Origin: Desulfotalea psychrophila LSv54
Lineage (GTDB): Bacteria; Desulfobacterota; Desulfobulbia; Desulfobulbales; Desulfocapsaceae
DNA: 32,000 nucleotides
Assembly: GCF_000025945.1 (NCBI RefSeq)
Contig: NC_006138.1
Coordinates: forward strand, 1,770,001 to 1,802,000
Direction of reading: 5' to 3'
Position numbers and translations under genes: made by a program. This document shows, piece by piece, positions 1-9,100 of the stretch (positions within the stretch are counted from its first letter, which is position 1; each line of letters starts with the position of its first letter). The notes under the pieces were generated by a model. That model was not told where the DNA came from, searched no databases, and saw nothing but the letters and a program-made list of their open reading frames with translations.

Positions 1-1
1 T

Positions 2-622
2 CTCATGTGCGGGGCAATCAAGGGGATCATTCTCGATGCCGATGGCAGCGAGCTTTACGATCTCTATAAGGAGTTTGGTATCACCGCCAAGGTCATCGCC
101 TTTGCCCTGGGTGCCGAGGGCGGCGATGTGGCGGCTAAGTGTCGCCAGGTTGTGCGTCATATCGAAGACAACCTGCTGGGTGAGGTGATGAGCGGTGTGC
201 ACTGTATCTGTGGCGAGATGTTCATGGACGACCTCATCTCTGATCCGAGCGTTGAGAAGTTCTTCCTGAACCACACTAAGGCTCTGCAGCTTGCGGGTAT
301 TGATGAAGATCCACGTAAGGGCTTTGTCTTTGGTGGAATCACCTTCGAGGAGTATCGGGCCAAGGCAACGGATCCAAGCACCGGTAAAGCCCGAAGCTTC
401 ATCGGCGCAGATGATGCCCACTTTTTCCCCGTGGGTACCATGAACACCTTTAAGATCCACGATGCGCCGGCGGAGTATATGGAGACCGTAAACACCTTTG
501 GTCAACCCCTCTATGCTAAGCAGGTGATGTCGGCCGATGGCAAGAAGATAGATATCCTCAGTGAGTCCAATCCACTGCCTATCTGTCGTCGTCCTGGTCT
601 TTTGGTTAAGGGCACCAAGTAA
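2..622 (+). CDS. phage major capsid protein (lambda gpE-like), 5' truncated by window edge
   Basis: Open frame to the left edge. Protein ends ...SNPLPICRRPGLLVKGTK, and 'AGIDEDPRKGFVFGGITFEEYRA...FFPVGTMNTFKIHDAPAEYMETVNTFGQPLYAK' resembles the C-terminal part of E-type major capsid proteins. Followed by head-tail genes. Confidence 0.85.
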   Translation, partial: LMCGAIKGIILDADGSELYDLYKEFGITAKVIAFALGAEGGDVAAKCRQVVRHIEDNLLGEVMSGVHCICGEMFMDDLISDPSVEKFFLNHTKALQLAGIDEDPRKGFVFGGITFEEYRAKATDPSTGKARSFIGADDAHFFPVGTMNTFKIHDAPAEYMETVNTFGQPLYAKQVMSADGKKIDILSESNPLPICRRPGLLVKGTK

Positions 623-927
623 TGAGCAAACTTCACGACGATACCCTGGAGGCCTATGCCACTAATCCTGATCTCTTTGGTCGGGAGATAGGCGTTGATG
701 GCAGGCCCTGTTGTGGGGTGAAACGGGAGCTGGATTGGCGTGAGAAACAGGATTGTGGTTTTGAACTTGGTATCGAGGCGATTCGGCTGACCCTGGCCCG
801 GGACTTTTTTGAGGTCGTTCCCGTGCGTCGGCAACAGCTTGAGGTTGATGGTTTTCTCTATGATGTCGATGATGTCAAAATTCGGGGCCATCTGCTCAGA
901 ATTCTCTTATCGAGGTACTCCTCATGA
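622..927 (+). CDS. phage head-tail joining/connector-like protein
   Basis: 101 aa ORF overlapping the capsid stop (TAATG) and the next ORF (ATGA); position between capsid and tail genes. Confidence 0.55.
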   Translation: MSKLHDDTLEAYATNPDLFGREIGVDGRPCCGVKRELDWREKQDCGFELGIEAIRLTLARDFFEVVPVRRQQLEVDGFLYDVDDVKIRGHLLRILLSRYSS

Positions 928-1526
928 TCAGTCTGGATCTGAATACAGATGTCGCCCAACAGCTGGCAAAGCAGGTGACAGGTACCCAGGGACAGATGAA
1001 GAAGGCCTTTCGGGGTGCCCTGAGTGATACGGGAAGTGCCGGTGTAACTTTTGTGAAAAAACGGGTTAGTGCCTCAACGCGAGTTGCGCAGAAGCGTTTA
1101 GCTGTGCGGATGAAAAAAAAGATTCTCAATTATGATGAGCATCCCGAAGTTGAGCTCTTCTTTGGCGCCAATCCCGTGGCTTTTCATACAATCGGCACCC
1201 TCACCCAGACCAGAAGTGGGGTGACAGCTGGGCGGATGCATCGGAAAGGGGCCTTTACTCCGGCTAATGGTGGTCTTGGTGGTAGGGCCTTTATTCGGGC
1301 TTCTTCAAAGCATTTTAAGCCGGAGTTTTATTCGACAGAAAGTTTTTTTAAGGGATCGGTCGTGAGTAAGTACGGGAGCGTCAAGAGTCGTTTTCCTCTC
1401 CGGTTAGCCACTGTCCAGATTAACGATGAGGTGGGTGCTGCTGTGGAAGAGTTTTCCGGTCATGTTCAGGAAATTTTCGATAAGAAGTTCAAGCAACGTA
1501 TGAACTATGAGGTGAATGTGAAATGA
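924..1526 (+). CDS. phage minor tail protein Z-like
   Basis: 200 aa ORF in head-tail module; basic N-terminal pattern (VTFVKKRVSASTRVAQKRLAVRMKKKI) similar to GPZ-type tail proteins; translationally coupled. Confidence 0.55.
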   Translation: MISLDLNTDVAQQLAKQVTGTQGQMKKAFRGALSDTGSAGVTFVKKRVSASTRVAQKRLAVRMKKKILNYDEHPEVELFFGANPVAFHTIGTLTQTRSGVTAGRMHRKGAFTPANGGLGGRAFIRASSKHFKPEFYSTESFFKGSVVSKYGSVKSRFPLRLATVQINDEVGAAVEEFSGHVQEIFDKKFKQRMNYEVNVK

Positions 1527-1984
1527 ACCAAAGTTTTGCTACTCAATTTACTGAACGTCTCCAGGAGCTGGTGGCGGATCTCAGGTATTTCCATAAGCCC
1601 ACCGGCAAGTGGATTGCCCCCAGGGTGGTTGAAACCATGTTTCTGGCCCGGGCGCGAGGGCAGAAGGAAGATTGTGAGTATCCCGCCATTCGTTGGGCCA
1701 TCTATAAGGGGGCCTTTGATCGGCATCGACCTCAGCCTTTTTCGGTGATTCTTAATCTTGGTCTTTTGCTTGATACCTCCTGTGAGTCGGTGGTTGAGGG
1801 AACTGCAAACATAATAGAGTTCACCAATGCCGTGGGTAAGCTCTGTGAGAAGCCCATCTTTGCCCCCTATAAATTAAAGACACCAATCCCCTTTCAGATT
1901 GGTGATCCCACGGAAGGGCAGGAGGGTATGCAGCCACATCCATATTATTGGTCGAGCATGCATCTGGATTTTTTAAAGTCTTAA
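1523..1984 (+). CDS. phage tail terminator/completion-like protein
   Basis: 153 aa ORF with ATGA overlap to the upstream gene, located between the GPZ-like gene and the tail tube gene. Confidence 0.45.
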   Translation: MNQSFATQFTERLQELVADLRYFHKPTGKWIAPRVVETMFLARARGQKEDCEYPAIRWAIYKGAFDRHRPQPFSVILNLGLLLDTSCESVVEGTANIIEFTNAVGKLCEKPIFAPYKLKTPIPFQIGDPTEGQEGMQPHPYYWSSMHLDFLKS

Positions 1985-1997
1985 TAAGGAGAAGGTC

Positions 1998-2735
1998 ATG
2001 GGAAGAGCAGTATCGATTATCGGCACCACCTATGTGGGCCTATTGGATAAGGATAAAAAACTTGTCGGTGGCTATCGGCGGGTGGGCGAGTGTTATCCCT
2101 TTAAGATTAAGGTCGAGACCGAGCAGAAGAAGATGGAATCTCGCCAGCGAGAAAGTGCCGGGCAAACCCTGCACACTAAGAACCGGGTCAGTGCCATTGG
2201 TGGTTCTATAAATATTCGTGAATGGACAGCAGCCAATCTTGCCTGGGCCTTGTCTGGTACCGAGGTACTTAATACCGCAGTTGCCGGCACGGTGGCCGAT
2301 GAGTCCGTCACCCTGATTGCAGATAACTGGGTGCGTTTAGCCCATCAAAATATTTCGGCAGTGAAGATCGCCGATGCCGCCGAGGGCAGTGACTTTGAGG
2401 TAAACGCGCCTCTGGGGCTTATCCGTTTTATTACTGGTGGGGCCTTGAGTGCCACTGCGGTTTCCGTTGCCTATAGCTATGCAGAAGAATCTGGCTACCG
2501 GGTTGATATTGGCAACAAGTCTCTGGTTCGGGTGGCCATCATGATTGATGGTGAAAACGAATATACAGGTGAAGCCATTTCAGCGGTGTTTGATTCCGTG
2601 GTGCTCTCCTCTTCAGCTGAGATCAGCCTTATCTCTGAGCCTGATAATGAGTACGAAGAGCTGCCCTTTGAACTCTCCTTTGAGACTCTCCCAGGGAAGA
2701 AGTCACCGGGCTATATCAATGGTCTTCCGCTTTAG
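1998..2735 (+). CDS. phage major tail tube-like protein
   Basis: 245 aa ORF immediately before a chaperone/tape-measure pair; preceded by an AAGGAGAAGG Shine-Dalgarno. Confidence 0.55.
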   Translation: MGRAVSIIGTTYVGLLDKDKKLVGGYRRVGECYPFKIKVETEQKKMESRQRESAGQTLHTKNRVSAIGGSINIREWTAANLAWALSGTEVLNTAVAGTVADESVTLIADNWVRLAHQNISAVKIADAAEGSDFEVNAPLGLIRFITGGALSATAVSVAYSYAEESGYRVDIGNKSLVRVAIMIDGENEYTGEAISAVFDSVVLSSSAEISLISEPDNEYEELPFELSFETLPGKKSPGYINGLPL

Positions 2736-2799
2736 GATCGACCTGTAAACGTATCTATAAATTTCAGGCGGGTTCGTACCCGCTTGGCTGGAGTGAATA

Positions 2800-3144
2800 A
2801 TGATTCAAACAAAAGCGATTACTTTCAACGGCCGCCAGCTCATCATAAAAGAGCTGACTGTTCCCCAGATCGATGCCTGGGAGAAGACCTTGAGCAACCA
2901 TGAAGAAACCACTGTCCCTTCCCTGGTGGAGATGCTTGTGGATTCTGCCCTGCCTCTCTCTGCCGTGCGCCTGGCCGTCCCTGAATTAACCGATGCCGAT
3001 CTCTTGGCCGACATTGCTCCCTCCCAGTGGTGCGAGCTGTATAGGGAGGTGGAAGAGGTGAACTCTTTTTTGTCCCAGATGGTGGAGAAGATGGCCAAAC
3101 TCGGCGAAGCCCTCGTGCAAAGCGGGAAAATACCAATCTCATAG
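2800..3144 (+). CDS. phage tail assembly chaperone (0-frame product)
   Basis: 114 aa ORF directly between tail tube and tape measure genes; 'ITFNGRQLIIKELTVPQIDAWEKTL' style N-terminus. Confidence 0.6.
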   Translation: MIQTKAITFNGRQLIIKELTVPQIDAWEKTLSNHEETTVPSLVEMLVDSALPLSAVRLAVPELTDADLLADIAPSQWCELYREVEEVNSFLSQMVEKMAKLGEALVQSGKIPIS

Positions 3145-3245
3145 CTGTTGCCTGCGATTTGGTAAAGCTTGGTCATGTACATGCAATGAGTTATGGCATG
3201 GGCCTTTTTAAACGTGTCTTGGAAGAGGAGTCGAGGAAAAGATAA
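2800..3245 (+). CDS. putative -1 frameshift extended tail assembly chaperone (gpG-gpGT-like)
   Basis: T TTT TTG heptamer in 0-frame at 3066-3072. The -1 frame is open from there to TAA 3243-3245, which overlaps the tape-measure ATG. Confidence 0.5.
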
Positions 3246-5806
3246 TGGCAAGTAAATCACAAAAATTTGTCTACGCCCTGCAGGCAGTGTACGAGGGCAA
3301 GAATGATATGGCCCAACTCAGTGGCGATCTTAAATCCCTGGGGCAGATTGAGTCATTTCAGAAACTGCAGGGAGATTTCACTTCGACCACCACTGCCCTG
3401 GTTGCCGCCAAGGCCCGGATGCGTGATCTTAAATCCGAGATGAAAAAGCCCGGTGGTGAAGCCTTCGCCACCGAATATAAAAATGCTACTGCCTCGGTAT
3501 CAGCCCTCTCAGCTAAACTACAGAAGCAGAAACAAAAGCTTGATGACTCTCGACAGTCTATGCAGACCCAGGGTTTTCAGATGAACGATCTGGCGGGGCA
3601 ATATAGAAAACTTGCCGAGTCCACCGAGCTCCATGGACAGAAGATAGCCGCCATGCGCACCCTTGGTGTTCAGTCCTTTGCCAGCATTGACCGTAAGGTG
3701 CAGGAACTCCATGCCGCCTATAAGATTTTAGAGAAAGATCCTTCCATAGCCGCCCGTGAACTTGCCGCCGCCAAACGAAAGATGAAGGCGGATATTGCCT
3801 CATTAACGGGTGAGACAGGTAAATGGGCCAGTAAGATTGATAAGGTTAAAATGGGTTTTGCAGGGCTCGCAGGTCTTACTGTAGGCGGGTACCTCCTGGG
3901 CAATATGGTGCAGAAGACGGGAGATGCGGCCCGTGAACTGCAGAACCTTGCCCGAGTAGCAGGTACCTCGGTGGAGGAACTCTCTGCCACGGGTTTTGCC
4001 ACCCAGTTCGTTGGCATAAGTGTAGAAAAACTTGCCGATATTTCCAAAGATGCCAAGGATAAGATCGGTGATTTTATCGAGAATGGCGGTGGTGAGTTTA
4101 AAGATTTCTTTGATAATGTTGCCCCTAAGGTTGGCCTCACCGCCCAGGAGCTGATCAAGATGTCCGGACCTGACTGTCTGGTGGCAATCAAAAAGGCCTT
4201 GGATGATGCCAATATCTCGGCCGACAATCAGGTCTTTTATCTTGAAGCCCTGGCTAATGATGCCTCTCTCTTGACCCCCCTCTTGGAAGATAACGGTCGT
4301 GCCATGAAGGAAAAGGCGCAGCGTGCCCGTGAGTTGAACCTTTCTATTTCTGATATGGATAATGCCAAACTTGTCGAGATGGCCGAAAAGACCAAGGAGC
4401 TTACCGATACAGGTGGTGCTCTTACCCGTGAAATTGTTTCGGCCCTGGCTCCAAGTCTTCAATTCTTGATGGGGCAGGTGCAGGATGTTGTTGCTTGGTT
4501 TAATCAGCTGGACCCCGGTATACAGAGAATTATCGTCCTGGGTGCCACAGGTACTGCCATAGTGGCTGGCCTTGGTGCCGCCTTCTTCCCCCTGGTCAGT
4601 TCCATCTCCATGGGTCTGCCCCTTCTCTCCTCTCTGGCCTTAGGGTTTAAAAGTGTTGCAACAGGGGCCAATGTTCTGGCCATTGCCTCAAGGGTACTGG
4701 GCGTTGCTGTGAAGGGCATCCTCCCCGTGGGGATCATCTTCATGATCTATGAAATAGGTAAGGCCATGGGCATCTGGACACCTATTATGAATGCGGTGCA
4801 GAGGGGTGCTATCAGCCTTACCGCTGGCATTCATCTCCTTGGTCTGAATATTCGCAGGCTGTGGAATGTCATTAGCGGTGACGATGCAGAAGTTGTAGCT
4901 CTTGATAAGCGCATCGAAAAGGTTGGGCAGATGTATGACAAGCTTTCTGCAAAGGTTGGTGAGAAGCAGGAAGAGCTGGTTGATAGCGCCAAGGCATCTC
5001 AAAAGAAAGTCACGGCAGAGATCGAAAAGGGAGCCACCGATCAGGTTGCCATTGTCCAGGATGCAGTCAAAAAGATGTCTGATGCCTATGCGGGAGCCGC
5101 CTCCGGAGCTCTGGCACAAAAGCCTGGTGAGAAAGGATCCAAAAAGAGAGGTTCTAAGAAGAAGGGTAAGGAGAAAGAAGAGAAGATCGATGCGTTTGGG
5201 TTCACAGAAACAGAAAATAAAGATAGCAAAAAACAGCTAGCCATTGCCGATGCCATCAAGTCTGGCGACATGACAGGCTATAAGAAAAAGAAAAAAGACG
5301 ATGGCACCTGGGCGTGGGAGGCAGATGAGAAGGCAAAACCCAAAAAAGATACCTCGCCCAAAAAGGTCTACGGCAAGAACGGCAAGTGGGACTACCACTA
5401 TGGCGATGATACGGGCCTGAAAAAACGTAAGGGTGGCGGTTACGAGAGAGAGGAGAAGGCGAAGAAAGAGTCAAAGAAAAAGGCTGCTCGCTCAAAATCG
5501 GCCCTTAGCGCCATGGCCATTGATAGTCTTAGAAATCACTCTGCAGGTCTTAAACGTTATAGCTATCTACGGGAAAGGGTTGGTATCAAACTTCCCGCTG
5601 GCGATAGTGCAGCCATGGTCTCTGCCAAAATAGATAAATTAGCCGCCATGGCCAAGAGACCGGGCAGTCGTCTTGCTACTGCTGCAGGAGGAGAGGAGGC
5701 CAAGAAAATTGTTGAACTGAAACTGGGCAAGGCCAAGGTGCAGGGTAGTCAATCCGATGTCGATAGCTTTATTGAAGAGCTGAAAAGGGCGGGGACTTTG
5801 GCATGA
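3245..5806 (+). CDS. phage tail tape measure protein
   Basis: 853 aa, long helical/coiled-coil-like N-terminus, hydrophobic central segments, Lys-rich C-terminus; longest gene after the chaperone, as expected for a tape measure. Confidence 0.85.
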   Translation: MASKSQKFVYALQAVYEGKNDMAQLSGDLKSLGQIESFQKLQGDFTSTTTALVAAKARMRDLKSEMKKPGGEAFATEYKNATASVSALSAKLQKQKQKLDDSRQSMQTQGFQMNDLAGQYRKLAESTELHGQKIAAMRTLGVQSFASIDRKVQELHAAYKILEKDPSIAARELAAAKRKMKADIASLTGETGKWASKIDKVKMGFAGLAGLTVGGYLLGNMVQKTGDAARELQNLARVAGTSVEELSATGFATQFVGISVEKLADISKDAKDKIGDFIENGGGEFKDFFDNVAPKVGLTAQELIKMSGPDCLVAIKKALDDANISADNQVFYLEALANDASLLTPLLEDNGRAMKEKAQRARELNLSISDMDNAKLVEMAEKTKELTDTGGALTREIVSALAPSLQFLMGQVQDVVAWFNQLDPGIQRIIVLGATGTAIVAGLGAAFFPLVSSISMGLPLLSSLALGFKSVATGANVLAIASRVLGVAVKGILPVGIIFMIYEIGKAMGIWTPIMNAVQRGAISLTAGIHLLGLNIRRLWNVISGDDAEVVALDKRIEKVGQMYDKLSAKVGEKQEELVDSAKASQKKVTAEIEKGATDQVAIVQDAVKKMSDAYAGAASGALAQKPGEKGSKKRGSKKKGKEKEEKIDAFGFTETENKDSKKQLAIADAIKSGDMTGYKKKKKDDGTWAWEADEKAKPKKDTSPKKVYGKNGKWDYHYGDDTGLKKRKGGGYEREEKAKKESKKKAARSKSALSAMAIDSLRNHSAGLKRYSYLRERVGIKLPAGDSAAMVSAKIDKLAAMAKRPGSRLATAAGGEEAKKIVELKLGKAKVQGSQSDVDSFIEELKRAGTLA

Positions 5807-6183
5807 TAAGCCTTAACAGTGTGGTGCTTCCTCCGGATCTCTTCTGGTCCGATGAATTCGGCTGGACTCCCGTTGCCAGCGCCCTGGAGTATGGCACCAC
5901 GGGTTCGGCCTTTGTTGATGTCAGTAAAAAGAAGAGTGGTCGTCCCATTACCCTCTCTGCCGAATCTGATACCTGCTGGCTTACCCGTGCCGATGTTCTG
6001 GCCCTTAAAGCCTTGGCCGATCTACCGGGTAAAGAGATGACACTGACCCTCTACGAGAGAATATTTACGGTGATTTTTGCCCCTGGTGAAAAGCCCTTTG
6101 ATGCCGAACCCGTTTGGCAAGAGATGCCCGTGGTCGATGATGATAAGTGGGTTGTTACTGCCCTGAGATTAATTGAGATTTAG
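5803..6183 (+). CDS. phage tail-associated protein, unknown function
   Basis: 126 aa ORF, ATGA overlap with the tape measure gene. Confidence 0.6.
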   Translation: MISLNSVVLPPDLFWSDEFGWTPVASALEYGTTGSAFVDVSKKKSGRPITLSAESDTCWLTRADVLALKALADLPGKEMTLTLYERIFTVIFAPGEKPFDAEPVWQEMPVVDDDKWVVTALRLIEI

Positions 6184-6192
6184 GATATAAAA

Positions 6193-9100
6193 ATGGCAAT
6201 CCAACTAGAAAATATAAAGCTGATGGCAAGTCAGCGTCTCACCGATCACGACGATGGCGGTGGTCATATGAGTGGTGCCGAGATCGTTGACGGTAATGTC
6301 AATAACCTCTACCCCGATATCTCTCGCATGGATCGTGTCTATGGTCGGGTCAGTCTGCGTAAGAGTTTTGCCTTTATCGATACCAACGATACCTCCGTTT
6401 ATTCCGGAGCCCATGCGGTGGTCTCCGTGCCGGCGGAAGATCCCAACGTTTCGGTCTGCCTCTTTGAAACGGGCAACCCCACCGATCAACGGGCAGCGGC
6501 TCGTGATTTCATCGAGAGTTATGTCACCCTCGGCCCTCGTATGTCAGCATGGCTCTGGGGCGATCAGCCTGCAGGCTCCCGAACCATAGTGCTTTTTGCC
6601 TCGGTGAAAGCGGATCTGCCTGATGTGGGTTCGGTTCTCTCTCTCTTTAATAACAAGGATAAGAGCGATGAGCAGCAGCAGTATATGCGCATCACCAATG
6701 TTAAGGCTGAGATTCGTTCTTTCACTATTATGGTAGGGGACAAGGAAGTCACCTTCGAGCGTAAAATTATTACCCTGGGCATAGGCAATCCCCTGGCCCA
6801 TACCTTTATCGGTGTAGAGATCCATAATAACGATGCTGAGTCTACCAACGTCTATACCACCATGGTCTCTGATGCCGCCAAGTATTATGGGGTGATGCTT
6901 CCTAAGGCGCCCTTTGCCAAGGGGGATATCAGCCTGCCCGTCAAATCCATATTCACCCATCTGGTTCCATCCGCCCAGGGGGAGAGTCCCATGGTGGATC
7001 TCAGCCCCGGTGAGGCAGGTCCTGTTTTCGGTTCCGGCACGGGCTTTAGTCTCTCTCTGCCATCACAGCATTTTGCTAGCGGGGTACAGATCAACGTGGG
7101 TAGGGCCATCAAACCCGGCACCCTTACCATCAGCCGTCCCTCTGCCGTCCCTGCTCTTCTTGAAGATAATGGCGATGGCATCATCATGGCCGGATCTCAG
7201 CAGTGGGGCACCATCGACTATGGCCTGGGCACCGTCACCTTTGCCGGAGTAAGCAACCACAGGGCTAGCGCCACCTTGGCGTGTGTCATTGGTGTTGCCG
7301 TGCCCATGCTTCCCAACTCGGCCATGGTTAAGGTAGAGCTGGCCAGCCGTGGTTATAACTGGACCATGATTTTAGAGCCACCCCCTCTGCCCGGTACTCT
7401 GAAGGTGGATTATAGAGCCCAGGGCAAGTGGTTTCGTCTCACCGATAAGGGTAAGGGCGAGTTGGTACCGGAAACAGCGGGGGCTGGCACCGGGCAGATC
7501 AACTATACGACGGGTTCCGTCAGCCTTACCTGTGGAGCTCTGCCCGATGTGGGCTCTGCCATCCTCTATCTCTGGGGCAATCCCATTGAGTGTATCGATA
7601 TTGCTGGCAGTACCACGGTGGAGATCCCAGAGCTTAAACACACCCTGAAGAAAAAACCAGTGAAGCCCGGAAGTCTTAATCTTGATTGGAACACCGGCAT
7701 TGATCCCACTGACGGTGCCACCCTTATTGCCAAGATTACCGATGATGGTAATGGCAATCTGGTGGGCGATGGCGCTGGTTGGATCAGGTATTCCACCGGA
7801 GAGCTGGGGTGGCGGGCTACTAAGCTACCTGCAGACGGTGAGAATTATGAGATCACCTATAAGCAATATCCTATCCGTGAAGGCTCTGTCTCTCCCACTG
7901 GCAGTGGTCTTGTCAGTCTTACCCTGCCCGATGGTGATATTGAGCCAGGTTCCGTAGCCTTCGCTGTGCCGGTTACCCTGGGCAGTTTTATCCATGTTTA
8001 CCGGGTGGTCGATGATGGCAATGGTCATCTGTCGGCCCCTGGCTTTAGTAAAAAACAGTCGGTGAGCCATGCCACTTGGCCGGGTTCCTGTTCCATCGGT
8101 GGCTTTAGTGGCACTATCAACTATTTGACCGGAGCTGTGACCCTTGATCTCACCACCATCTCTGGTAGCGAAACATGGAAGGAGCCCTGGTATAAAAAAT
8201 GGACCTATACCAACTCCTATTTTGATCTTCAGTATTTACTTCGTTACAAAGATCCACAGACGGTTCCGGTCTCCTGGACGGGATCTTCCTCTTTGGTGAC
8301 CTATAGCTATCGTCTTACCGCCGCCTCCAGTAGTGCCGGCACCGAGACCCTACCCGTGCCCAATTATATTATCCAGTTGCTCCCTGCAGCAGGCTATGCC
8401 ATTCAGCCCGGCTCCGTTGCCTTTCGCTGGCAGGGTGCCCTCTATATTGATCGTAAGGGTAAGCTCTATCGAAACCCCTCCACGGTCACGGGGGTTGGAG
8501 CTTTGGCAGGCACCATCGACTATAGCACGGGGAGCTGTGCCTGTACCGTCTCCGGTAATGGTTCACCCGAGGTTGTGATAGAGTCCCTGGTTGCCTGCAT
8601 CGGTAAGCAGCAGAGCCTCTCCATAAGCTTTCGCACCCCCGGTGCGCCTCTGCGTCCCGGTTCTATCAACCTTGTCGGTAGTGCTGTCGATGGTAGCCCC
8701 ATCTCTCTGATCGCTGATTTTGACGGCAGGATAGGTGGTGCCGGCGGAGAGGGTTTGGTCAACTACGAGCAGGGTATTGTCACCATTAATTTTGGCGAGC
8801 AGGTGGCAGATTCTCCAGCCTTTGCCGGGCAGGCCTGGTACGATCCCGCCGATGTTAAAGAGGGTAAGGTCTTTAAGCCCATGGGTGCTATGGCCGAGAC
8901 CATCAACTACGGCTGTGTGGTCTACTCCTATATCCCCCTCGATGCCGAGTTGATTGGTCTTGATCCTGTCCGGCTACCCACCGATGGTCGGGTACCCATC
9001 GTGCGTCGTGGTGATGTGGTGGTTGTTCATAATGCTGCCACTGAAACCCTCACCACATCTATTGCTGCAGGGAGCAGTGTGACTCTGGCCAGAGAGCCGG

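Noticed and set aside
3124-3130. GGGAAAA in the chaperone gene as the -1 slippery site
   Set aside because: In the gene's frame the codons are AGC GGG AAA ATA, so the heptamer is not in X XXY YYZ phase. The upstream T TTT TTG at 3066-3072 is correctly phased and was chosen instead.
2843-3142. 99-aa and 151-aa minus-strand ORFs over the tail chaperone as a hidden antitoxin-like gene
   Set aside because: Composition (Arg/Pro/Ser-rich) and complete overlap with coding DNA indicate a shadow frame.
3803-4462. 219-aa minus-strand ORF inside the tape measure gene
   Set aside because: Antisense to a strong tape-measure gene, no recognisable motifs or ribosome-binding context; typical shadow ORF. 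The same applies to other minus-strand ORFs in 1-15 kb.
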